Assembly (NCBI GenBank): GCA_963845755.1
Contig: CAWJTV010000011.1
Span: 832,001-896,000 of the forward strand
Length of the DNA: 64,000 bases
Origin: an uncultured Planctomycetota bacterium
GTDB lineage: Bacteria > Planctomycetota > Planctomycetia > Isosphaerales > Isosphaeraceae
Direction of reading: 5' to 3'
Shown piece by piece: positions 42,152-54,070 of this stretch; position 1 is the stretch's first letter; the number at the start of each line of letters is the position of its first letter. The position numbers were made by a program, and so were the translations under genes. The notes under the pieces were generated by a model. The model was given only the letters and a program-made list of their open reading frames with translations, had not been told where the DNA came from and did not search any database.

Positions 42152-42445
42152 GGGTTAGACGGGAGCGGACATCTGACCTGGGATCCCGAGCTTCTTTGCG
42201 GCAGCAGAAACAAGCGGCAGAGTTTTTTCCAATGCCTCTAGCAATTCGTTTTCGAGTTCGGTCATGCACTCATCCCTGCAAAATGTTTGGGGCGACCCTA
42301 GCACAGGAGTAACGGGAAATAAAGGGCATTGGACTAAACCGCTGCGCGGTAGAGCCTTGAATCGTCGGCCTCTGGACAACGCCAGCCGACTTGGTTATGT
42401 TGTGTCTTCCTCAGACTATTGTCAGACTTCATGGGGAGCACCATC

Positions 42446-43666
42446 ATGCGGCTTCTGATCCACGCGGTATGGGTGCTGGCGGTTCTGGTTTCGCCCTCTC
42501 TCTCCGCGGCGGCGGATGAGAAGCCGACGGAGACGTTGGCATCGCTCAAGAAGGAACAAGAGACGGCGCTCAAAGAACTGGAAAGTCGGCGGAAGCCGGG
42601 AACGACCGAGGCCGAGCAGAAGAAGGCTCTCTATCGCTACTACGAGACGGTCGCTGACCTCGGTCGCCGCGCCATGGCCGTCGTCAAGAGACGTCCTGAT
42701 GCGCCCGACGCCGTCGAGGCCCTGAACTGGGCCCGTTCTGCGGGGACGGAGGGCAATGCAGAGCTCGCTGGCGTTGTTTATGACTTGGTGGCCGAGCATT
42801 ATCTCGACTCCGACGCGATCCTGCCGCTCTGCCGTCTCGCCTGGGTCGACGCCGTCAAGAGCCCCCAGGTCGAAACTTGTCTCCGCGCCGCGGTCGAGCG
42901 AAGCAAGAACCCCAGGGTGCGTGCTCTTTGCTGCTTCAGTCTGGGCCGGTGCTATCAGGAGCTCGCCTCGGCGGCGCGAGATCTCAACGACCCCGTCCGT
43001 CGCGAGATCCGCGAAGGAATTCTCGACCGCTTCGGGCCGGTCGTGATCCGGCGACTCCGCTCCCTCGATCCCGAGAAGCTCACGCGCGAGGCCGAGGCGT
43101 GTTTCGATCGCACGATCAAGGAGTTCGGCGATCATCGACCCTTGGGCACGTTCTTCCCGCCGCTGGGAGACCAGGCCGAGGGGATGCTTTTCCTGCTGCA
43201 TCACCTCGGCATCGGTCGCACCGCGCCTGAGATCGAGGCGGAGGACATCGACGGCAAGCCGATGAAACTCTCCGACTACCGGGGCAAGGTCGTCGTGGTC
43301 TCGTTCTGGGCGACCTGGTGCATTCCGTGCATGGAACAAGTGCCTCACGAGAAAGCCCTGGTCGAAAGGATGAAGGGCCGGCCGTTTGTCCTGATCGGCG
43401 TCAACGGCGACAACGACCGCGAGAAAGCGAAAGCGGTCTCCGCCAGGGAGGGCGTCAACTGGCGTTCCTTCTGGCCCGGTGGCGCGAAGCGAGGCATCCC
43501 CCTGGAGTGGGGCGTTAGCGTCTGGCCAACCTTCTATGTGATCGACGCCAACGGCGTGATTCGCGACGACGGCCTGGTCTACTTCGAGGATATCTATGTG
43601 CGTAAGACACCCGACAAGATGATCGAGAGCTTGGTTGCGGAAGTGGAAAAGGCAACGAAGCGGTAA
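42446..43666 (+). CDS. Secreted TlpA/redoxin-family thiol-disulfide oxidoreductase with helical N-terminus
   Basis: Signal peptide; APEIEAEDIDGKPMKLSDYRGKVVVVSFWATWCIPC; WPTFYVID. Confidence 0.9.
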   Translation: MRLLIHAVWVLAVLVSPSLSAAADEKPTETLASLKKEQETALKELESRRKPGTTEAEQKKALYRYYETVADLGRRAMAVVKRRPDAPDAVEALNWARSAGTEGNAELAGVVYDLVAEHYLDSDAILPLCRLAWVDAVKSPQVETCLRAAVERSKNPRVRALCCFSLGRCYQELASAARDLNDPVRREIREGILDRFGPVVIRRLRSLDPEKLTREAEACFDRTIKEFGDHRPLGTFFPPLGDQAEGMLFLLHHLGIGRTAPEIEAEDIDGKPMKLSDYRGKVVVVSFWATWCIPCMEQVPHEKALVERMKGRPFVLIGVNGDNDREKAKAVSAREGVNWRSFWPGGAKRGIPLEWGVSVWPTFYVIDANGVIRDDGLVYFEDIYVRKTPDKMIESLVAEVEKATKR

Positions 43667-43993
43667 AAGTCGGCTTCCAGGTCTTTTGAGAGTGTCCACT
43701 GACGAACGATGAATGAGATGCAGCACAACTGGATCCGGGAGCGAGCGACGAAGCTCACCCGTCAAGCATGGTGTCTACCGGACGGACACGCAGAAGGCGA
43801 CCCGCGAACGACGTCGGGCTCGGAAGAGGGCGTGAGGATCGACACGCCGGCCCGAGGGGCACGACGACGAGCCACGAGGTCGGGTCGGCCGCGGTCATCC
43901 GGAGGTCGGAGGGGTCGCCGCGGCGAGCCATTTCGCGACCAGCCGGCCCGCGCCACCCCCTGGTAGGAGCGGGCGCTTACCCTAATCGGAACG

Positions 43994-46446
43994 GACGACC
44001 CCCTCAGAAACCGTTCGCCGGGGAGAGGAAAGGGCTGGAACCCGGACGCGGGATCGGTTCCGGACCCCTTTGACGACCCGGACCCCTTTGACGACCTCTG
44101 GACATCATCGTCACGACGCCGGAGGGATTCGCGCGGCGAAAAGACCTCGTCGGCACCATCGAGTGGCCGGCGACGCGGGAGGGCAAGGTGCTGGCTACGG
44201 CGCGGGCAATGCTGGTTAAATATCAGTATCCATCGAAAACACAGCGATCCCGATCTTTCGAAGTATCAACCGGCCTAAGAGACGGGTATTCCAGGTAGAA
44301 ATCTTCGTTGAATTCCTCCCTAGTCATCAGATTGTATGCCGTTGGGTTAGGCCCTAATATGTTCTTAATCTCCTGAATGTGAGCTTCACCGACTTTCCAG
44401 ACACCAACGACCCTGTCTCCGCGGAAAGATTCGGCATTCTCAAACGCTAAGCTGTGCATCGCCTTTGACCGATCTAGATCGACTTGGTCTTTCGTGCGGA
44501 CGACTTTGGAAGAGTCTCCGAAGTACCTGTTGAAGGAGGTTCCTATGCTGAAGAGGTCAGTTTTCCATTTCACACGTTCAGACCATTGCGTGTTCTGAAT
44601 TCCATCCCTAAAGTAGGCCAACCCTACATCCATCCAACGCAATGCATCTTTTGTAACTTTCCCTCCCTCTTCCCCCTGCAAAGCCCTCGCGAATTCGTCC
44701 TGCACCTCCTTGATCAGGTTCGATGCGGCTTTACGGAATCCGACCCAGGCCTCTCCAGCCGTCATCAAATTGCCTTCGATCTGAAGTACCTCCTGTTCCG
44801 AGACGGCTTCGATGCATCGGATCAAGACTGGAAAAACTTGATGCGTTAATCGGGCTATAAGGCTTTCCGCGCGGAGGATTGCTGGATCCCCCCATGTGGG
44901 ATTGCCGAGCCATCGGTTTTGCTTGAACCCGGTCTCTCGGAAATATTCGCTTTCTGCTCCCAGGAACTTCTTTGTGTATGCCGCCTCTTCCGTTCGGCGG
45001 GGGTCCGATTCGTCGTGTCTTTCACCGACTATGTTCAGTTTGTCCCGGACTAAAGGCTTTTGCTGCACGATTTGGCGTAGAGGGGAACGAGGGCCCGGAA
45101 CCCGTTTCCCAGACTGTGATAGTCTTTCAGGCAGAATTGGTCCAGACTCGCTGCACCGAACCGGGGACCAAGGAGCGGGCCGGCAGGATCGCCCCATTCG
45201 CCGCGACCGTGGTGCGAGTGGAAACCGCGCCGGGAAGAGGTGCGACGATCGGTCCAGTGCCGGCGGGCTTCGCCTGGATCGGCATGGCGGCTGTCGCGGC
45301 GCGCAGCCCCATCCGCTCGGCCTCGGCCTCCAGCGCCGGGTCCTGCACCACCGCCACCCCCGCGCCCAGCGGGTTGCGCACCCGGCCGGCGCGCTGCTGC
45401 ACCACGTGGGTCAACTCATGGCCGAGCAGTTGCTGCCCGTGGGTCGACTGGGGGTTGTACTGGCCGGGGGCGAAGTACAGGTCGGTGCCGTGGGTGAAGG
45501 CCAGGGCGCCGATCGAGGAGGCCTCGGGTCCGACGTGGACGCGGACGTCGGCGAAGCTGGCGTTGAAGAAGGACTCCATCTTCTTCTGGATCGCCTCGGG
45601 CAAGGGCTGGCCGCTGCCGGGGGGCTTGAGCGTGAAGTTCGCCGGCAGGGCGAAGGCGTTGCCGGCGTGCGGCTGCACGGCCGTCGCGGCGGCGACCCGA
45701 GGACGGATCGGCTGGGGCGCTTGCTGAGCGGGGGCGCCGCCGGCTGGAGGGCGCCGGGGGCCGAGGATTGGCCGGCAGGATCGGCCGCGGCGGCTGGCCG
45801 GGTCGCGTCGCGGGCTGGAGGGCGCCGTTGGCCGGGCGGCCGGGCAGGATCGGTGCTGGCGCGAGAGCCGGGCGGGCCTGGATCGGGGCCGGCGGCCGGG
45901 CGGGCCTGGCCGGAGCGGGCGAGGCCTGGAGGATCGTCGGCTTGCCGCCGGGAAAGCAGCCCTGGATCACGCGCGAGGGGCCGCCGGCGCGGTGGGGATG
46001 GATCGGACCGGGTGACGATGTCATGGGTGCTCAACCTTCGCCTGCCAGGACCCGATCGCCGACGAACCCGCGGACGACCGCGCTCGTTGCCTCGCCGACG
46101 CCTGACGCATTCCTCCGCCATCGGATCGATCGTCCATTCCAGCGTGACCTGAGACCGCTGTGAAGTCAAGAGAACGGCATTCAACCAAATCAATTCGAGT
46201 TCGGGCAAGAACCGCCCCCCGCCCGGTCCTGGACCGCTGCGTTGGTCGGCCCGTCAGTCGTCGACATCGCTCGTCGCGTTCGTCGGGAAGTGCGACGGCA
46301 TCGGCCCCCGGCGGTCCGGCGCCGTCGGAGAAAACCAGGGAGACCTGGTAGCCGTTGACGACCCCCTCAGAAACCGTTCGCCGGGGAGAGGAAAGGGCTG
46401 GAACCCGAACGCGGAAGCGGTCCCGGACCCCTTTGGCGACCCCGGA
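43994..46446. repeat. About 90-bp direct repeats (43994-44081 and 46357-46446) flanking the DUF4157 gene
   Basis: Identical core GACGACCCCCTCAGAAACCGTTCGCCGGGGAGAGGAAAGGGCTGGAACCCG, then ...CCGGACCCCTTTG. Confidence 0.92.
44223..46024 (-). CDS. DUF4157 (eCIS-core) domain protein with a variable C-terminal domain (frameshifted)
   Basis: GQPLPEAIQKKMESFF..FADVRVH..ALAFTHGTDLYFAPGQY..LLGHELTHVVQQ..LEAEAE; Pro-rich N-terminus; C-terminal domain in ORF 44223. Confidence 0.85.
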
Positions 46447-46596
46447 AAATGCTCTTTCAGCGGGGAGCGGACTCACTCGTACTGTGCCCAACGTCGAGGT
46501 CACCAGCGCACCGAGGATTGTCGCCGTAGGCTCGCGAGGTGGTCATGGCCCTGGTACAATCCGGCCGTCTCGACAACGGTGGAGGAGGTCCCGAAA

Positions 46597-47342
46597 TGAT
46601 CGTCGATCGGTTCGTCGCCCGGCGCGCTTGCGCTCTGGCGGCCGTCGGCCTGGTCGTGACCGGTTGGGGGCTGCTTCCGGCACTCATCGAGCCGGCTCGG
46701 GCACAGGACGCACCATCGAACCGCCGGCCGGCTTCGGAACCCCAGGGTCGCTCGCCCGTCGTTGGCGAACGGGTCCGCGCGTACGATCGGTCCGTACCCC
46801 GCTCCGCCGAGATCCGCAGGGTTGCATTGACCGTGCTGGATGACGAGACGAGCCGGCCGCTGGCCGATATCGAGGTGCGGGTCGAGAATCACATCGACGT
46901 CTGGGCTTATGTGTTTCGGACGGATCCCGCGGTCGCCTCGTCCTGGAGTATCCGTTGATGCACGGAGAACCCATTCTCAGCATCGCGGCCCGGAAAGACG
47001 GTTACGTCCCGCTCGGACAGGGTTGGGGATTCGGGGAGAATTCCCGTCCGCCCGAAGCCTGGACATTCCGGCTCCGGCGCGGCACCACGATGGGCGGCAT
47101 CGTCGTCGCCGTGGCCGAACGGCCCGTGGAAGGGGCGACGGTTGCTGGTGTCCGTTACGAAATACGGCCTCGGCGAGCGACCCGCCAACCCGACTGGCTA
47201 CGAGTCCTATTACGGCATCCCTTCGCGCACCGGACCCGATGGCCGGTGGCGGACCGACAGCGTGCCTCCGGGCGCCGACGTGGTCAAGCTTAAGTTGATC
47301 CATCCGGACTTCGTCAGCGATGGCAGCGCGACACTCGGATAA
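46597..47342 (+). pseudogene. N-terminal remnant of a carboxypeptidase-regulatory-like repeat protein
   Basis: Signal-like segment, LRRGTTMGGIV..PVEGATV..RTGPDGRWR; frameshifts; ends just before ISKra4. Confidence 0.55.
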
Positions 47343-47379
47343 GCCTGGGCGTTTCGACGACTTACTCATGGATGTTAGG

Positions 47380-48796
47380 GGAGTGCGGCCGAAACTTGAT
47401 GTAGCTCTGTAGTTAGTGGAATTCTCATGTCAAGCTGCAACTGGAAACCCATACTGGTCCACCTTCGACCAGAACTGCCCCCAGCGTTCCGGCGTGTACG
47501 TCAAGCACCGCAGGCTCAGGACCGCCGCCGCTCCCTCTTCCTTCCACCTCATTCCCGAGCCGCACAGCCGCTGCTTCACGATCACCTTGCATGCCGCCTC
47601 GGTCACCCCGGAGCCGATCGGTTCATTGGCCACCACTCGTGCGGCATAGTTCATCCGCCCCTCTCCATGTTGGTTCTTGAAATACCTCACCGCGTCAATG
47701 ACTCCCTCGCTCTCCTTCGCCCACGGCCGGACTCGTGCCTTGGATTGCAGCTCCCGAATCACCCGGCCCGCTCCCCCCACCTCGTGTTTCAGGATGTGGC
47801 ACATCTCCTCCAGCCAAACCCGCTTTGCTCCCTCCTGGCCGCGGAATAACACCGCCGCGGCGCCGCCCAGGTATTCGGCCGCGTGCCAGAAATCCACGAC
47901 CTGCACGGCGGTATGCCGCTCCAAGAAGTCCCAATTCCCCTTGGCCCCATCGGCGATCCCGATGAACCGTACGCCGGGGAGTTCCGCTCGGGCTCGTTCG
48001 ACCTCGCGGGTCATCCGCTCCAGGAAGGTCGCCTTGCCGTATTCGGGGGTCGCCCCCAGGTAGATGGTGTGCAACCGCTCCCCATCCGCGTCGTAGAATC
48101 CCAAGGTCCCCACCATCGTCTCCGCCAACCGTCTTCGCTCAGGTGCATGCAGGACCCATCCAGGCCGACGCTCACCGACGCGGGTGGCTCATCCCACCGC
48201 GGCAAGGAGTAGCTCCACGATTCCTCCTTGGCCAAGGCCACCGCCGCCACGGCGTCGGCCAGGTCCTGGACCAGGCACTTCGAGACCGAGCGGCCATGAT
48301 TGTCCAGAAGGTCGCGCCGCACGCGGGCGGCGCCGAACTCGGCGTACTTGCTCGAGACGACCTTGGCAAACAACGGGGTGGAGGTCACGATGATCCGTGC
48401 CGCGGCTCGAGCGGGCAGAAGGTCGGCCCTCCCGGGGGAGACTGGTAGACGTGCCGGTCGATCGAGACGGTGCCGTACGGGGTTTGATACTCCTTGGGGA
48501 GTTGCCCTTTGCTGTACAGGGTCGTGGGACCGACTTGGATGGGAGATCCATCGGCGTCGAACCGCCGGAGTTGCACGGCCGTGGCCAGAGTGCCGGCCTC
48601 ATTGAGTTCTTGCTGGAGCCGGGCCTCGAAGTCGAGCATCGACCTGTCGAACGGCACGGTGATCTGCAGAGTGATACGGTCGGGAGACGAAACGACGAAC
48701 TGGGCAGCCATGGCTTGACTCCTGGAGTGGGTAATTGATGGAGCCAAGACACCAAAATCAACCGAGAAAATCAACATCAGGTTTCGGCCGCACCCC
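47380..48796 (-). mobile_element. ISKra4-family insertion sequence; transposase 48711-47430 (frameshifted)
   Basis: TIRs GGAGTGCGGCCGAAACTTGATGTAG / CAACATCAGGTTTCGGCCGCACCCC; YQTPYG..RHVYQS, IADGAKGNW, VDFWHAAEYL, PIGSGVTEAACK. Confidence 0.88.
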
Positions 48797-49799
48797 TCAT
48801 GGATTGTCCGCCGAACTTGAACCCCTCACCGCCGCTTCCGAGGTCCTCCTTCCGGTTGAGGCCCCTGTGCTTGGCCTGCACAGCCTCGATAAGTTGCGGC
48901 GAACGTCGGCCGTCTTCCGCGAACGTCTTGCGGGATGGTTGGTTGGTGGGGCTGCGTCGGCCCTGGGGACGCAGCACAGTGCTCGGGGCGATGAGAGGCA
49001 CAAGACGCACAAATTACATTTACAGAACAAAGGTGTCGCATTATCAGACGCTGTAGCCGCAGCACGAGGCGGACCTTGGAGCCCCTCCGGATCTCGCGAG
49101 TCCCAGTTGCTTCGGTGTCTCGGACCGAAGCAGGAAGGTGAAGGCTTATTCGTCCCCATTGACCATCGGAAGAGTTTACCCTGGGGGCGCGTCCGACTAA
49201 GGATTATCTACGCCCAGGTATTGAACACGGAGTGCAATCCGACGAAGTCGCCGCAGAACGATTGAACTAGGCGAGCACGGCTCAGGGATAACCAGCACTC
49301 GCTGCGGTTCGACTCCGATCCCCGCTCGGGGTCATTTATTGCCGTCCTTCGCCTTCGGCGGCGGGGCCCCGTCGAACTGGTGCGGAAGTCGCAGCATTCT
49401 CGCGGCGCGGTCGAGATTGTCACGGAGCCAATGCGTGGGCAGCCTCACTTTGCAACTGCGGCTGAGGTCGCCGACTGTCCGGACGGCAGCCCAATGGATG
49501 TGAACGTCCGGTGTGAGCGGGGCATTCCGTTCCATTTGCCCTAACTGGCGGCCAAAAGGGAGAAGCTCGTCATAGAGTGAGTCAGCTACTGGCCGTTTTA
49601 TCCCAACCACAAAGTTCGCCGCGTCCCCAGGCTTGCCCCATTCGGTTGGACAGAGCCGCATAGCGTCGCATACGAAGAATCCGCCGGCTCATATGTCGGC
49701 GTCCCCGACCCGGCCCCGGGGCCATCACAGTGGCCGCCGACGGCGAGCTCTATCGGCCTGCGTGCGTTCGACCCCCGCGACCGTTTCCGAGGTAGCGCA

Positions 49800-50470
49800 G
49801 CCCCAGCCCCGGGGATTCCCGATTGATCTTCACAACACGAGGCTACCTGGCTCGCTGGAAGAAGGCGTGCCGGTGGCCCTTTACCAATGCAAGTTGATCG
49901 CCATCGTGCTCGTTGACCCCGCCGAGAAGGACGGGCCACTGAACCTTGACGTGGCCCTTGAGCACGATGTCAAGCGAAAGGGAACGGTCCTCGGCCCTGA
50001 CGATTGACGCTGAGCGGCGCGTGAATCTCCGGCCACCACTAAGGGCCTGGTGAGGAAGGCCCGCTCCCATCCGCCGAGTTCGTCATCTATGGGCTCGACC
50101 CCAAGCGGCCGCGTCGGATCACGGCCGTCCACGAGGAGCGACGCCTAATCGGCTGCGTGACGGGACTGCGGGGTGACGAGATTGGGCCATACGCCATCAG
50201 GCTCCAGCCCTGGGGCACCATAACCGGTCGGCTAGTGGACGCGGCGGGTGCCCCGCGGAAGATGGTAATGATCTGGCCGAAGGACGGCCGGGACTATCGG
50301 CCGGCCTCTTCAACGTCCAGACTGATGGTGACGGACGCTTCCGGCTGGAACGGGAGATCCCGGGCCTCAATTACTCCGAGACCCTGGTGGGTGTCCAACC
50401 CGGCGAGCGTGGCTTTCCATTCGAACACGTCGTTCTGAAGGCCGGAGAGTCGAGGACCTCGGCGATGTCA
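49800..50470 (+). pseudogene. Degraded C-terminal remnant of a carboxypeptidase-regulatory-like repeat protein
   Basis: Fragments KGTVLGPD, IRLQPWGTITGRLVDAAGAPR, VVLKAGE with stops and frameshifts. Confidence 0.5.
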
Positions 50471-50870
50471 AAGCGAGGCCCAACAGGTGAGTGGAGTGGT
50501 GTGGGCCTCACACGGATCGGGTATTTCGCCCGGCTGGTCAGGGGTGTGCAGTCGGGCTCGACCCCCGGCGAGGCGTGGACGATGAAGGCCTTGGTGGTCG
50601 TGGCGGTGCTCATCGCCGATTTCCGCGGAGGGGAAACTGTCCGACATTCTGATCGGCCTGCACGGATGTTGCGGATTGCCCCATCGTTCTCAGTCCCTTC
50701 CTCGCCCTCGGTTCCGTCGTCCGTCAGGTCCAGAGCCGGCGAGGTCCTGATGACCAGGGCGATTCTGCCGTGATTTCGCCGCGATTGCCTGTGATTGACC
50801 GCCGGCCGCGAGTAATCTGACCCTCGGTTTGTCTCAGAAAACCGACTGACAACCCGAGGGAGTACCGGTG

Positions 50871-51024
50871 ATGGACGACACCCATTACGCGAGTTCTCGC
50901 CCGGTCCACGCATCCGTATCACCGCCGCTACGAGGCCCTCGCGCCGTGTTCCTCGACGGCCGCTCTCAGAAGGACGTCGCCGAACACTTCGGCTAACCGC
51001 CCGCGTCCCGGGGTCCATTTTTTT
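50871..51024 (+). pseudogene. Remnant HTH ORF of a probable IS
   Basis: Broken reading HRRYEAL.AVFLDGRSQKDVAEHFG; ends at a T7 tract. Confidence 0.4.
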
Positions 51025-51134
51025 CTAGGATGGCAAAAGTCGCTGGGAATCGCCGTAAGTCCTTTGGCGATGGTCGGCGGTCCGACCGAGGAATAACGAC
51101 TTACGTCAAATCCAAGTCACCTTTGCCATCCTAG
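51025..51134. mobile_element. 110-bp MITE related to the element at 51646-53351
   Basis: Ends CTAGGATGGCAAAAGT / ACCTTTGCCATCCTAG; internal IR CGTAAGTC / GACTTACG. Confidence 0.8.
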
Positions 51135-54070
51135 TGCTTTGTCACAGCTAAAAATTGGGGTTGGGGAAACCTCCGCGACCGTGGATGATACGGGGAACAA
51201 GGAGGCCCCCATGAACAAGAAGTACATTGTCCGGCTTACGGCTGAGGAACGGGACGAGTTGGCGGCCGTGATCAAGAAGTTGAAGGGAACCAGCGAGAAG
51301 GTTGAACGCGCCCAGATCCTGTTCAAGGCCGATGCGGACGGTCCGAACTGGACCGATCGTCGCATCGCCGAGGCGTTCGGATGCCGAACGCAGACCGTCG
51401 AGAACATTCGTCAGCGTCTCGTGGAGTACGGCTTTCGAGAGGCATTGGACCGCGGCAGGCGCCAGATGCCGCCGGTCGAGAAGCTACTCAACGGCGAACA
51501 GGAGGCGAAGATCATCGCCACACGGCTCGGGTCACCGCCCCCGGGTTATGCCAACTGGACGCTGCGGCTCTTAGCTCGAAAGGTGGTGGAACTGGGGATC
51601 GTCGAAACCGTCAGTTACGAGACGGTGCGGCGGACTCTGAAAAAACTAGGGTAGCAAAAGTAGCTGGTCAGCCCCTCGGCTCGGTATAATGGACGTAAGA
51701 ATAGAGCAGAGGAGGCTTTCCATGCGTAATCGCAAACGACGACAACCACGACCACAACCGGATCGCGACCTGACCCTCACCCCGGTCCTTTTGAACTGCC
51801 CCGAGTGCCGGCACCGGACCGGTGCCGACTACAACAACTTTCGCACCATCAGCACCCTCGACGGCGTCTTCCGGCTGACCCTGACGATCCGACGCTGCCC
51901 CAATCCCGCCTGCTCCCGCTTCCTCCGTCCCTACCGCCCCGAGGCTGAGCCCCATTTCGCCTTGCCCTATCACGAGTTCGGCCTCGACGTCATGGCCCTG
52001 GTGGGCCGGCTCCGCTATGCCGAGCACCGCAGCATCCCCGAGATCCACCGCGAGCTCACGCACCGCGGGCTCATCCTGGCCAAGCACACCGTCACCAACC
52101 TGTTGGACCGCTACGACGAGCTGCGGTCCCTGGCCACGGCCGATCCCCAGCGACTGGGTCCGCTGTTGCCCCGCAGGGCCGCGTCATCCTGGCCATCGAC
52201 GGCCTGCAGCCGGATGTCGGCCACGAGGTCCTCTGGGTGCTGCGCGACTGCCTCTCCGGCGAGATCTCCTGGCCAAGAGCCTGCTGTAGTCCACCGCCAA
52301 GGACCTGGCTGGCCTGATCGACCAGGTGCGAGAGGCCCTGCCAGTGCCGATTACCGGCGTGGTCTCCGACGGTCAGGAGAGCATCCGCAACGCCGTGGGT
52401 ATGGCCCTCAAAGGTGTCCCCCATCAACTCTGCCATTTCCACTACCTCCGCGAGGCGGCCAAGCCGATCTACGAGGCGGATCGCCACGCCAAGAAAGAGT
52501 TGAAGAAGCGGGTGCGGGGGATCCGGAAGATCGAGCGTGCGGCGGAGAAGACGCTGGAGGACGACGAGGAGGACGCGGAGGCGAAGGTGGTGCGGGATTA
52601 CTGCGCCGCGGTGCGCGGGGCCTTGACCGACGACGCCCTGCCGCCGCTGGTGGCCTCCGGGCTAAAGCGGCAGGATCGATTGAGCCGGATTGCCGCCAGC
52701 CTGGACCATTTGGTCGCCACGGCGGGGGCCTGGCCCGGGGGCTTGAAACGGCTGCAGCAGGTGCTGCGGCGCGGGCTGGAGGAGACGGCCGCGTTGTTCC
52801 CGGCGGTGCGGGAGTCTTACCAGTGGGTCAAGCGCACCGCCCGGATCCTCAAGAACGAGGAGGGGCTGCCGGCGAAGAAAGTGCGACGACGGATGGTGCA
52901 ACTGCTGGTACGGATGCACAGGGCGGCGGCCACGACAACCGAGCCCGCGGTGCGAGCGGGTTTGAAGCAGTTCGTGAAGGTGACTCGGAGCTACTGGCCG
53001 GGCTTGTTTGCCTGCTACGACTCGGCGGACCTGCCGCGGACGAATAACGACCTGGAACACACCTTCGGCAGTCATCGCTACCACGAGCGCCGGGCCAGCG
53101 GTCGGCGTCGGGGGTCGCCGGGCTTGGTGGTGATGGGCTCGGCGCGGGTGATCTCGGGGCTGGCGACGCGGCGGCGGCCGGACGAAGGCTTGGTGCTGAG
53201 CCCGGGCTATCTTGAGGGCTGGAAGAAAGTCCGCACGGAGTTGGAGGCGCGGCGGGAATCGCGGCGGAAGCAACGCCGGTTCCGCCACAATCCCGATGCC
53301 TACCTCAAGGAGTTGGAGCACCGCTGCCTCCAGCTAACTTTGCCAGCCTAGAAAAAAACGGGATGACCAACCGCAAGCTTGAGTACTGGGTCATCCCGCC
53401 CGAGGCTGACGGTGAGTTCGTGGCCCACATGGAAGAGGTGCTGGAGACCTACGCCAAGCCTTACGACTCGATGCGGCCGATCCTGTCCATGGACGAACAG
53501 CCGGTGCAATTGCTGAAGGAGTCCCGCGTGCCGATCCCTGCCACGCGCCGACACGCCAAGCGCGTCAACTACGAATACGAGCGTGCCGGGACGGCGAACA
53601 TCTTTATGTTCACCGAGCCGCTGGCGGGCTGGCGCGAGGTGGCCGTCCGGGATACCAAGACCAAGGTTGAACTGGGCGATCGAGATGGCCGCGCTGTTGG
53701 AGGGCCGTTATGCCAGTGCCGAGCGAGTGATCGTGGTATGCGACAACTTGAACACGCACACCAAGGGTGCCTTCTACGAAGTCTTTGCACCGCCCCGTGC
53801 TCGCCAGTTGGTCCGCCGCATCGAGTTCTGCTACACCCCCAAGCACGGCAGTTGGCTGAACATCGCCGAGAACGAGCTCAGCTCGTTGACGCGGCAGTGT
53901 ATAGCCGGCCGCCGCTTCGGTGATGCCCAGGCGCTGCGAGTGGAGACCACCGCTTGGTCAACCGACGTCAACAGCACCCAGCGCGGAGTGGATTGGCAGA
54001 TGAAGATCGACGATGCCCGCTCCAAATTGAAGTCGATCTACCCCAAAATTAAGCTGTGACAGAGCACTAG
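51131..54070 (+). mobile_element. IS630-family element (two-ORF frameshift type), interrupted by a second IS
   Basis: Ends CTAGTGCTTTGTCACAGCTAAAAATTGGGG / CCCCAAAATTAAGCTGTGACAGAGCACTAG. ORF-A from 51211 (KKYIVRLT..WTLRLLA); ORF-B to 54059 (MDEQP, DNLNTH, TPKHGSWLNIAE). Confidence 0.92.
51646..53351 (+). mobile_element. Unclassified (ISNCY-like) IS; transposase 51722-53351 with frameshifts and a TAG at 52287
   Basis: TIRs CTAGGGTAGCAAAAGTAGCTGG / CCAGCTAACTTTGCCAGCCTAG; Zn-finger CPEC..CPNPAC, LAIDGLQPD, VVSDGQ, QLCHFHYL, PRTNNDLE. Confidence 0.85.

Noticed and set aside
43880..43990. Faint resemblance to the C-terminus of a REP-associated tyrosine transposase
   Set aside because: Too short and degenerate to support without an alignment.
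44060..44096. Tandem 18-mer as a possible CRISPR remnant
   Set aside because: Two abutting copies, no spacers, no cas genes.
47366..48804. CTCATGGAT on both sides of ISKra4 as a target duplication
   Set aside because: The left copy is separated from the TIR by several bases, so it is not a clean TSD.
49332..49661. 109-aa minus-strand ORF
   Set aside because: No convincing start or family motif; lies in a degraded region.
52287..52289. In-frame TAG in the ISNCY-like transposase as possible pyrrolysine or readthrough
   Set aside because: Lies among other lesions in a transposase; a mutation or sequencing error is far more likely.
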